A stretch of 64,000 bases of DNA, taken from contig OZ237764.1 of assembly GCA_965178125.1 (NCBI GenBank), positions 620,001 through 684,000 on the forward strand. Reading direction: 5' to 3'. The notes beneath the pieces are model-generated. The model saw nothing but the letters and a program-made list of their open reading frames with translations. It was not told where the DNA came from and ran no database searches. Positions 52,662-62,961 of this stretch are shown here, piece after piece (positions within the stretch are counted from its first letter, which is position 1; each line of letters starts with the position of its first letter). This DNA is from Bilabrum cf. latius. Taxonomy: Eukaryota. The translations under genes and the position numbers were made by a program.

Positions 52662-52940
52662 ACTCCAAAGGTAAAAATGTGAGAAGAACTTTGGGGTTCT
52701 TGGTTTTACTTCGATACCGTGTCGTTTGAAGTATCTAAATTGGCGGTCCGTATCTAAATGATTTAAATGGCTGTAATACCCTATTCTATCGTAAAATTGC
52801 TAATACCGCCTATCACCAAACGATGTAATATATTCATCATTTTCGTCAAAAACATCATACTTCTTATTCTTGCGTCTTGAGGGTGCTTTAAATAGAAAAT
52901 TCTCAACAACCTTTTCAAAATCGTAGGTATGTAGCTTCAT
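52656..52940 (-). CDS. Conserved small virophage/NCLDV-type protein (inner)
   Basis: SRRKNKKY..SFGDRRY*QF..YFKRH..PKFFSHFYLW; matches the C-terminal domain of 21176-21883. Confidence 0.65.
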
Positions 52941-53540
52941 AAGTACTTTATAGTATAGTCTTCTACTTATATCAAAGCCCGAGCTTCTTGTATTCCTTTA
53001 GTTTTTCGTGTAATTTTTTCCAAATACGTGGATTAATTTGCTTGACAATATGCTCTATCATCAACTCCTTTAAAAATGGGTTCATTTACTATAGTGATAT
53101 AGAATGGTCTTAATTATCATCTCTTGGGAAATCCAATCTTTGAAAAAGATATCAAAAGAGCGGAGGGCAAAGCCCGAGCATCTTGGAAAATTAATTTTAA
53201 TATTTCTTTGTATCCTATATTGTCAAAATTTTTCAATCAATTTTTGTGTTTTTAATTGGAAAACAATTATAATTTGTTTTTTATTTTCCTTTTAATTTTT
53301 ATGGTGGCATCATAGGAATTACAACATTTAATTTTAATCTTTGAAAAAGATATCAAAAGAGCGGAGGGCAAAGCCCGAGCATCTTGGGAACTTAATTTAT
53401 TTTTTCTAAGTCTCTTATAATTGACCTGTAAAATCTCTCAATTTTAATCTTTGAAAAAGATATCAAAAGAGCGGAGGGCAAAGCCCGAGCATCTTGGGGG
53501 ACTTTTCCAAAGGGACTTAAAATACGTTTTCGTTTTCCTT

Positions 53541-54107
53541 ATAATGTATCATCTCTTGGGTAATCGGTTTGGTTGCTTCGGAGAACAATTTAGTCGCTTG
53601 GGAAATCCTTGGGAAATCCTTGGGAAATCCTTGGTCGGTTCATCGGTCGGTTCATCGGTCGGTTTATCGGTTTGTCGCTTGGGAACATACCTCGGTCTCT
53701 TGATAAAATACCTTGTTCTCTTGGGGAAATCCTCGGTTGGTCTCTTGGTCTCTTGGGAATTCATCCTTCCGTTCCTACAGCAAACACAGAGATATTTTGG
53801 ACACTTGGTTAATTTCTTCATTTTTTCCTACTTTACTAAAACATCTCTGTCTTTGCTGTTAGAGTTTATAAGGGGGTTAAATATTAGAATTCTTCAATTT
53901 ACCCCTACTTCGTAGGAGTAAATTTTATATCTGAAAATGGGTACATAGAGGGGTTCTATAGGGGTTCTTGGGGAACCCCCTGTGAAATCATTTAGGTTTA
54001 TAGGGGAAACACTTGAGTTGCTAAATATGCCTTTAAAGGAGGGGCGAGCGTAGCGTAGCCCTCGTCCTAAACGCTTGGTGTACCTACCACCACCTGTTGT
54101 CCCCCCC
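53541..54107 (-). repeat. Right TIR of inner virophage
   Basis: Inverted copy of 37597-38199. Confidence 0.9.
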
Positions 54108-54512
54108 CATCTCCACTTTTATGTCAATCGTATATATTTATGTTGAGAAGCACAAACCATCAATGTTAAAGCATTTTCAACTTGATGACCTTCGTGTCCC
54201 TCCAGATTGTAATGAACGACTTAAAAAAAGAGTATTAAGTGAATTTGAAGAAATTGATTATATATCATATTTCGTTCAACCATTTAGAATAATACACAAG
54301 CTAAATGAAGAAAATGTTGAATGCCTAAGTGAAGACTTAAATGATACCGTAGCCATAGATTTATTGGTTAAAAAAGAGAAGGAAGCCATTGAGAAATCAA
54401 TAAAGAAATAGAAGGATGACATCATCAAAAAGGCTATAGATGACTTTATCTTACCCAAGGATTAAACTATATATTAATAATAATAATAATAGTATTATTA
54501 AAATTCAAAAAT

Positions 54513-54860
54513 TTATTCTAAAAACTCAATATCAAACCATTCATTTGAATCATCATATTCTTCAGCATACATCAACGATAATTCTATATACTCTTCTAAT
54601 TCACTATTAGTAAGGTTATCAATTTCTTCTTCTTTCAATAGTTTGAAATCGGTTCCGTTGTCATCATTAAAACTTTCAACTTGACTTTCTGCTTCCTTTT
54701 TATATTCTTCTTTCCAATTATCATTCCATACAACTCTCTTCGCTTGGTCTTTTAAAGTGTCAGTATAAAGCTTTTGTGCTTCTTCCTTATTATTAAACTT
54801 TTTAACCCAGTGTGTATGATAACATTCACTACCCCACGCTAATGATACAATATAAACCAT
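54513..54860 (-). CDS. Acidic hypothetical protein (outer)
   Basis: 115-aa ORF, ATG to TAA, AT-rich leader like neighbouring genes. Confidence 0.6.
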   Translation of the reverse strand: MVYIVSLAWGSECYHTHWVKKFNNKEEAQKLYTDTLKDQAKRVVWNDNWKEEYKKEAESQVESFNDDNGTDFKLLKEEEIDNLTNSELEEYIELSLMYAEEYDDSNEWFDIEFLE

Positions 54861-54901
54861 ATCTATAATAATTAAAAGTAAAATAATTATTATAATAAAA
54901 C

Positions 54902-56002
54902 TTAATTAAAATTATCCTCTATCTCTTCTCGCTCCTCGTTATCCAATACCCATTCTAATCTTGGAGGGTGCCACGCTCTAGCTATTAACTCCTCTTTATA
55001 CTTCTTGGTTTGTTCTATTGTTTTATCTTTTCTTTTTTTATAATATGGTATCAGTGTTGTGGAATAATCAATTCTAATATCATTAATTCCATTTTCTAGA
55101 TGGTTAAGCGAGGTACAATCGTAAAATATATAATAATCCATATCATCAACATTACTTAAATCCCAATTGTTCAATGGTTGATTGAATGATTTACAATTAC
55201 TAAACATTTCACCCATACTGTTAACTTTAGAAACATTCCAATTATTCAGTGGTTGATTAAACTTTACACATTCTCTAAACATACCATACATATTGTTCAC
55301 ATTTGAAACATTCCAATTATTCAGTGGCTAATTGAATGATTCACAGTTATGAAATAAAACACTCATATTTTTCACATATGAAACGTCCCAATCGTTCAGG
55401 GGTTGATTAAATGAATCACAATCAAAAAATAAACCTTCCATATCAAAAACACTAGACACATCCCAATCAGTCAATGGTTGATTAAATAGTTTACAGTATC
55501 TAAACATAAAATTATTTTTTTTTACATTTGAAACGTTCCAATTATTCAGTGGTTGATTGAATGATTTACAATATTCAAACATCCCAGACATACCCCAAAC
55601 ATTTGAAACATTCCAAGTATTAAGTGGTTGATTAAATAGTTTACAATATTTAAACATACCACTCATAGTCTCAACATTTGAAACATCCCAATTATTAAGT
55701 GATTGATTAAATGACTTACACCCAAGGAACATAAAAGCCATATTTTCTACGTTTGAAACATCCCAAGTATTCAAAGGTTCATTAAATTTTTTCTTATATC
55801 TAAATAAAGCACTCATATCTGTAATAAATGTTGTTACTATTTCACAAGGCTTCTTATCTTTTAATAAATCTTTTAAATGGTCTTTACACCTTGCTATGTA
55901 ATAGGTTTGACCTTCAAAATAGACGTTCCAGTTTATCCTTCTATAATAATCTTTCGGTTGTGTAGCTTTCAAGGTTCCATTTTCCCATTTTAATAATTCC
56001 AT
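54902..56002 (-). CDS. DUF285/BspA-like repeat protein (outer)
   Basis: Tandem 25-aa FNQPLNxWxVSxVxxMxxMF repeats; two track ORFs joined by one TAG at 55328-55330. Confidence 0.9.
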
Positions 56003-56072
56003 TCTGTATATACCTATAATAAATATATTTTTTAAGTCAATTTAAACGCTCTATAACAATTTAAAAATAAAA

Positions 56073-56498
56073 GCGCGTTTGTTCCATTTGTGAAGGTATA
56101 AGCGAGGATAAGGGGGTATAATGAAGGTAGTTTAGAAGGTTGAATAATGGAGTCCCATAAAGTGATGGAACTTTTGGCTAGAAAATGGCTAGAGTCCCAT
56201 AACACCTTCACAAGAGGGCTACATCCACGTTTTGATTAGAACTTACTATAATATATACCCAAAGTATGGATATGGTCATCGTATAGAGTTTTATATATAA
56301 TTGATTTTATATAATTAGAAGGATAAAGCAGTTATATGAAGTAGCAGTATGAAGAGGCTCACCTTGACTTTTGGAGCGACTAGCGAGAAAAGGAATGGAG
56401 AGAGGGAAGAGCTTTAGCTCTGACTGAACGTAATTATTGATGATGTTAATCATCCTTAACCGAAGGGAATAAATTTATTTATTACCGTAGCGGGGGGG
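56073..56498 (-). repeat. Right TIR of outer virophage
   Basis: Inverted copy of 9110-9531. Confidence 0.95.
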
Positions 56499-57467
56499 TC
56501 GCAGTGCACCATGGCGAATGAGGCTCAAAATTAGTTTCACTTGTTCCTGCACAAATTCAGCATACTATAAACGATTCCACGAATCGAGAGAAATTACATA
56601 AAAACTGTACATGGCGTTGACTGCAAACTCACGTGTCTATGCAGTCTCAGCATTGCAGACTTCCTGATAACTTGCTTGAGCACCACAGGGCGATCAAATG
56701 CCCCTAGTGCACCAGAGATACCCAAAAACTGCTTTACTACTCAAGATTTGACAGGTAACTAAGCACTACATTAGTTCGTAAACTGTTTGGTTTCCAAAGT
56801 CTTGTTTGGGGTGCAGACAGTGCTCACTCGGTTGTGCTCGCCATCATTCCTAAAACTCCTGGGCCAATGCGACCGGCCTAGCTTCGACTCGTGTTCGTTG
56901 AAAATTGCAATAGCCAGATCATCCTTTTTTTCTCTCATGGCTTGAATGAAGAGCTCCTTCAATGTTGACCACTCCCTGCATCCGACGAAGGCGAACAAAA
57001 CAGCATTTCAAGGTGGAAAACACAAGAAGAACTTCTTTTCGTTGACCATCTTGAAGCCGCATATTCTCATTAACGGCCATAAAGCCATCCATACCTCATC
57101 TCATCAGCGCAAGCCACCTCAGGGCAGTCCTCGACAGAGGGATACCCCGTCTACTGAATACGTGTATCATACGCCTCTGTCAAAAATTCTTGACGTTCCA
57201 TACTGCAGGATAGGCTTCCCCAATAAGAAACGTGAAGTTACGCCGCAACACAGAGACTGGCTTGGTGTAGGGACGATAAATTTATGTGAAAAGTCGTATC
57301 GTTACATTCAATCATCATCATCATCACCTTTGAGATCTCGCACCGGACCCTCGTCCAACACTTAATCTCTGTGGCACTCATCGAGACTCCCGAGTTCACT
57401 CAGGATGATCCAGAAGCACCTATACCCCGCCTTGGTGGGGTTGTGCTGCAGCTGGAGCTCCTGGATC

Positions 57468-58329
57468 CAGACCTGTGCATGGGGGGCCCGATGCATCGGG
57501 CCCCCCCCATGGCCAGGTGGGGGGCCCGATGCCACCCCCCATCGGCCATCGGGCCCCCCTCTCCAAACACAAAACCGCCCATATCTTTCTATCTGGAGAG
57601 GATTGGGAAGCGTAAGTAGGCTCATGACATTGCCATAAGGCTATTTATCCTAATGGTGCACTAGAAACCTGTGAAACCCATATTTGTAGGCCTCAACCCG
57701 CACACCCATCCTGCTACAGGGTCGCCCACCATGAGTGCGGACGGCACCAAGGTCAGCTGCGTAGACAGCAAGGTCTTAAGTGAGATGAAGTGTGCCGTGG
57801 ACTGTGCCAGGTATATCATGGCACTACGGTTATCATCAGCCGAGGTGGAGCGCACCGGTGACCTTCTCCGTTGCCAAGCTGGTCGGTGATGTCCACCGTG
57901 CGTGCTTGAGTCCAGAGCTGCGAGTGTTCGAGACGCAGTGCAGGCTCGACTTCGCATCTGCATGCATCGTGATGCGAGATCTTTTGACTTTGCAGAGAGA
58001 GGTGGATGTTTCGATGGAACGTTTCAGGGCAGCCCACCTGACATGGAGGCGCTGTGCTGGTGATGGACAATGGCTGGCTCACGGAGCCTTGGCCTATATC
58101 AGATTTTCGAGTTGCGTTACAAATCAATAGACCAAGCTTCCACGCCTTTTGACCGATGACAAACCGATAATTTGCATATAACTTTTACTAAATAGTTCGA
58201 ATCTTCCTTTAGAATTGTGATTAGGGCAATGTGGGGTGAGATCCAGGGGGGGCCCGATGAGACCCCGGATCTGGGCCATCGGGAGGGGGCCCGATGGCCC
58301 CATCGGGCCCCCCCCCATGCACAGGTCTG
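57468..58329. mobile_element. Non-autonomous hAT-like DNA transposon (862 bp)
   Basis: TIRs CAGACCTGTGCATGGGGGG.. / ..CCCCCCATGCACAGGTCTG, 8-bp TSD CCTGGATC (57460-57467, 58330-58337), subterminal GGGCCCGATG repeats. Confidence 0.85.
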
Positions 58330-59335
58330 CCTGGATCCTCGGGCTTTATGTGATTCAAACTACACGCTACCCAGGCTAAGAAGTCACCCGAAGGCTACGT
58401 CGACTGGGAGGAACATCTCACTGACCAGCTCAAGCCATGGGGGCTGCCAGCTGTGCTGCTTCTCCGTGGAGGTTCTGCACATCTGGAGCAGAAGCTCCCA
58501 CCGCAGGTGCTGGGGGATGTATAAGACCGGCATGGTCAGGGTCAAGGCCATCTACCTCGTCCCCAGCGCCTCCAACCCCTTCAGCTGGCAGCACTCCTGC
58601 CGGGTTCGCAGCCTGCACTACCTACGCTTGTGCTGCCGCTTGCGCCGCCTCGGGGGCCACAGCTCCTGCTGGACCCGCTCCCTGCACCAGTCTCGCTTCC
58701 CGTAGCCCTGACATGTTCCGCAACTTAAGGTTGAATTGAATCGTGCGGCATCGTATAGAGAGAGAATATAATATGTCTGAGTCAAAGCACACACTACCCA
58801 ACTACAACGACCACCCCAAGAGGCAATCGCACTGGGCAGGTCGAACGGATCAGCAAGCTCACGCCATGGGCTCCGCAAGCTCGGCCGCTCCTCCGTGGGG
58901 GAGTTGCGCTGCTTGCGGTCCATCTGCGTTCGCGGTGCCTTCGTGTTCGATTGCGTTCGGATTAGCCGCCTCGTCCGGTGCTGCACCCTCAGCTCCTACT
59001 GCAGCTGCAGCAGGTACTGCGGGCACAGCTGGCGCTTCAGCTGCATCCAAACCCTACGCACCACCAGCTCCACCAGCCTGCTGTAGTGCCACTCCTAGCT
59101 GCGTAACTCCCGCTACTAGCTCTCCCACCTGGCCACCAGCTCCTGCTGCGGCCCATTATGAGAGAGAGAATATAATATGTCTGAGTCAAAGCACACGGCC
59201 CATTATGAGAGAGAAAATAGAGTTTTCGCATTGATTGATCCTTAGATCCTTACTTAAGTTGTCGTGAGAGTGAGAACCAAACAAACATTCCACACTGTCA
59301 GTGACCGCCGGCGAAGAGCACCTTGCAAGGCAACC

Positions 59336-60487
59336 TCAGAATCCCACACCAGCTATCGACCCGCCCTCCACGCCCTCCACAAACGCACTCAAATCAACAC
59401 AACTAGGCACCACACCACAACCAGACCCTCCCGCACTAGCCTTGCAACCAGCCGATGCACCGGATGACCCGCCAGCCCCACCATCACCAGCCCCGCCCCC
59501 CAGCACGAACTTCACCTGCCGAGGCACGTCCAGCACGACCACCCGCACCGAATCATCACCGTCCGCGTCCCGCACCCAGGCCTTGTCGCACGCCATCCGC
59601 ACCTCGTCCGCAGCCGTGTCGTCCTCGGGCCCCGCGAAGAAGAAGCGCGTCTGCCCCTCCGCCCCCCTCGTCACGTCGAACCGCCGACTGGCCACCTCCT
59701 CCAGCGCAGAGCGGAGTTTCTCCGATTTCTCCGCGTCCGTCAGCCTGTCCGCAAGCGCCACCACGCAGCGGGTGCTGTTCAGCGCGCTGCCCGCACTCCG
59801 CAGCGGCGCCACTGGAGCCAGCCACGGGAACTGCGCGGCGCCCGTCTCTGGTTCCGCAGCGATGGACTTGGCGTTGCGGTGAACCATCCGGCCCGTGGGC
59901 GCGTGGATGATGGTGAGCTGCGGAATCTTCTGCACCCTACACGCCAGGGCCAGCTGCTGGCTCACGGCCCCGGCACCCGCCCCCGCCTCGCCGCCGTCTG
60001 CGTCAAACCGCAGCATGGGGAAGGGCATGGTCCCGGCGTACTCCTCCGTCTGGCCCCTGTCCGTGTCCGCCGACACGAAGATCACCTCGGAGCTGGGCCA
60101 GATTGGCTTGTCGGACTTGCTCTCCTCCTCCTTGGCTTCCTGCTCGGCCCCTGACGCTGCCCCGGCTCCAGAGGCGGCTCCAGCCTCGGCATCGGCCGGC
60201 GACGCAGCCTTCTCCAGTGCGGAACTGGCGCCGCGCGATCCGATCACAGAGATCTCGGGGTACATCCCCGCCAGCCTGGGAGTGAAGGTCTTGCACGGCT
60301 TGCAGAAGGCAGCGCTGAAGTACAGAGCCACGTACTCGCTGCGAGCGCACACCTCCTGTAGCGTCTCTTCTCTCCCGTCCTTGTGCTGGATGACGGCGTC
60401 TTTGCGGCGAGCAATCTGGGCGAAGGTGGGCCGGCTGTAGGGGAAGTTCAGTTCGGCGGAATCATCCATGACTTCGGTGCGTTCCAT
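59336..60487 (-). CDS. Host nucleoredoxin/thioredoxin-like protein, copy 3
   Basis: Paralog of 4790-5938 with CKPC motif. Confidence 0.75.
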   Translation of the reverse strand: MERTEVMDDSAELNFPYSRPTFAQIARRKDAVIQHKDGREETLQEVCARSEYVALYFSAAFCKPCKTFTPRLAGMYPEISVIGSRGASSALEKAASPADAEAGAASGAGAASGAEQEAKEEESKSDKPIWPSSEVIFVSADTDRGQTEEYAGTMPFPMLRFDADGGEAGAGAGAVSQQLALACRVQKIPQLTIIHAPTGRMVHRNAKSIAAEPETGAAQFPWLAPVAPLRSAGSALNSTRCVVALADRLTDAEKSEKLRSALEEVASRRFDVTRGAEGQTRFFFAGPEDDTAADEVRMACDKAWVRDADGDDSVRVVVLDVPRQVKFVLGGGAGDGGAGGSSGASAGCKASAGGSGCGVVPSCVDLSAFVEGVEGGSIAGVGF

Positions 60488-60912
60488 TTTGCTTCAGCCT
60501 CTTGTTTTGCCTTTTGCCAATCACGCGATTGTTGCGTTCGATTCATGGAGGCTCTGGTTTATTCTAGAAACTGCATCGGATTGGCCAGCGTGTACTTCAG
60601 GGCTCAAGCTGAAGCTAAATCTGGTGCGGCTCCATGCAAACGGTACTGGTAAAGATGGCGGCTGTTGCTACATTCTTGCTAGTGATGCTAGTGGTCGCTC
60701 CTGCAGCTGTGGCCGAAGAGCAAGGAGATTCGTTGATGCTGCGGCAAAATACCATGGTGCAGCGACCTGACGGTATTCCGTAATCCGCCAGGAACTACTT
60801 AAAGAGGGAGCGAAAGAGACGAGCTGGCTAGAATAAGGCGGGCAAGCAGAAAACCTAGCCTTCGGGCGGTCAATCGAGTAAGATCTCAGCCCAAGGTAGC
60901 ACAGTCCATTCA

Positions 60913-62961
60913 GTGCTGAAAGTCGGCATGATTTATGCATGGCCGCGGATCTTATCGATTGAGGTTAGTGGCAAACTAGAGCACATCGACATGGGTGTCA
61001 AGGTCGGCATGACCAGCGATCGTTTCGAGCTTGACAAGCTCGATCCGGACAGCCTGGTCCTAGCCACCCAAGTCGGATTCGGTGCAGAGGCAGCACAGTC
61101 TGCCGGCAGTGCGTCATTTGAGCCATACATCACTCAGGTATCGTCCAAAGATCCGCCGATTGCCGCTGTGGCCGGAAGCTCGGGTCTCAGCGTCGATTCA
61201 CAGGGCGTTGGGAGCAAGGCCCAGTCTGGCTAGCCTTCCGGTGCTGTTGATTCTGCGGGTCAATCCGGCTCCTTGGAGTCTGTATCCTCTTCCGGTGCTT
61301 CGCGCGAGCCGACGTCCACCAGCTCCAGCGCTTCTGCTTAGAAGCCAGCCGCTGGAGCGGAGTTCCCATCCGATGGCACCGGCGCAGTGGGCTCTGGTGC
61401 TGGATAGGACAAGGCTTCGACGGCAACTAGAGGGGCGGCCCGCGCGGCCCATGGTGAGCATACCTTGTCTGCCGGTGCATCTGTCGGTCCCTCAGTGCCC
61501 ATGAGCGGGGCATCGGCGAGTATTCCCTACTAGCAGTCCCCAGGTGGTGCCAAGGATGGACAGAAGATCTGGAGCGGCTTCCTCGAACTGAGCCACAGGG
61601 TTCTATCGCGCGCTCTGGGCACGCTTGCGAGTGGGAATCCCGCCATCCTCAACTTCTGGCGCGAGGAAGTGCAGGGGGACGAGGGATCAGTTGAGTCATC
61701 CGATGGCTCGTCCACGGGGTCATCGCCACACAAGAAGCCGAGGCAAGAAGACCACGCCGGGGACGGTTCGGATGGTTAGGACGGTGACCATGGCCAGCAA
61801 GCCAGTGGTGGCGCGGCTTCCAAAGCAGGGGTGCCCGAAGCGGGCTACCCGCTCAGGATGGTGATGCCGCCCGTCGACGCGGACCAACCCATCAGTTCAC
61901 TCACGAGGATCACCAAGATGTCCACTCTGCTCGTGAGCATGGACCACTTCTTCGCAGCGCATTTCCTGGTAGATGCAGGGCAATATGCCGGGTCTGCACC
62001 GGTAATCCCTGAGCCACTTGATGCGGGCAAGGTGGAGGCGTCATCCAAGGTTGCCCTGGACAGTGCCGGCGATGTGCTTGCCAAGGCTGGTACCAGCGAT
62101 TCGTTGGATGCAGTGCAGCGATTCTTGTCGCGGTTCCCAGACTCGGATGGGGAGACGCATAGCGGACCAGCAAGGTCGGCCGACTCCATCGGGAGCATGG
62201 CAATGGCATCCGGGCCGGCGTCTGGGCCTGGTGCAGCAGAACCAGACCCACGGTCTGGCGCGAAGCGTCCTCGCACGATTGCAGTGCGTGGTGGCAAGGT
62301 CGAGCATCCTGCCGGGCAGCCGATGCATTACTCGCATGGCGCGCAGACTGTGGAGAGAATGGCCCACCTGAACCTGCAAGCATTTGGGCTGGTGAAGCTG
62401 GGCTCCCTTGCTGGCACGACTGAGACATTCATACCTCTGGTACATGTCACTTCTGGGATGACGGCTGCCGACCTGAGAACACGCATCACAGCTGGCATAA
62501 GAGACGTTACAGCTTCTGCGAGTGCTTTTTCAGTTCTGCTCGACCATGATTCATTCTCAGGGATCATGCGTGAGGTGTACGCATTCAAGCAGAAGCTGGG
62601 GCAACGGGCTGCTGTAGTTGACAGAGCTGGGCTCAACCGTGCATACGTCGAGCACATTAACAATGCCATACAAGCTAGACTGTCGGGTGCTCTTCAAGGT
62701 GCCCCACTGGCTCAAACACTGTTAGATGTCGGCGAGATCGCGATTCGCCTCGCAGAGCTGGGTGTTGTCGTGAACATTCGACCAGGAGAGGGCCAAGAAT
62801 GGATGAAGAGTTTAAAGCCGTTACAATAGCGGTCATTCGTTGAAGTATTGCTACAGCCGCGGGGCAATGCACGCCCTTTACATTTGGCTGCTGTTGCATG
62901 GGCAGGCCCAATCCACTATGCGCACCACATGCTCCTGCTTAGAGACTATCCGATTAATTAA
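60913..62961 (+). CDS. Host hypothetical protein, copy 3 (in frame across TAG)
   Basis: Homology continues past TAG 62827-62829 to WAGPIHYAHHMLLLRD, then TAA. Confidence 0.5.

Larger units (their letters stand above)
37597..54107. mobile_element. Inner endogenous virophage (second type, ~16.5 kb) nested in the outer one
   Basis: TIRs start GGGGGGGGACAACAGG; TSD CATCT at 37592-37596 and 54108-54112; own integrase, helicase, PolB, MCP, penton, ATPase, protease. Confidence 0.95.
37533..54465 (+). pseudogene. Outer-virophage hypothetical gene split by the inner virophage (parts 37533-37596 and 54113-54465)
   Basis: Removing the inner element and one TSD copy gives in-frame ...VFQNKSISTFMSIVYIYVEK... 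Confidence 0.8.
9110..56498. mobile_element. Outer endogenous mavirus-like virophage (EMALE-type), ~24.4 kb after removing the two nested inserts
   Basis: Sharp GC-to-AT shift; TIRs start CCCCCCCGCTACGGTAAT; TSD TCGCA at 9105-9109 and 56499-56503; encodes MCP, penton, protease, packaging ATPase, rve integrase, PolB-like protein. Confidence 0.95.

Noticed and set aside
9811-56002. Virophage genes as decayed pseudogenes or sequencing errors
   Set aside because: Interruptions are TAG only, without frameshifts, and fall on conserved Gln sites in two independent elements.
9811-56002. Ciliate-type code (TAA and TAG both Gln)
   Set aside because: TAA terminates many viral genes at expected lengths, directly before AT-rich intergenic DNA; the few host in-frame TAA do not align with Gln.
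9110-56498. Suppressor tRNA(CUA) or other RNA gene inside the elements
   Set aside because: No cloverleaf or T-loop pattern recognised by eye; tRNAscan-SE/ARAGORN would be needed to exclude it.
9110-56498. Classical Polinton/Maverick or bacterial prophage
   Set aside because: ~600-aa MCPs with Gly-Gly tails, virophage-type penton and mavirus-like gene order, homopolymer ends with 5-bp TSD; no phage terminase/portal/tail genes.
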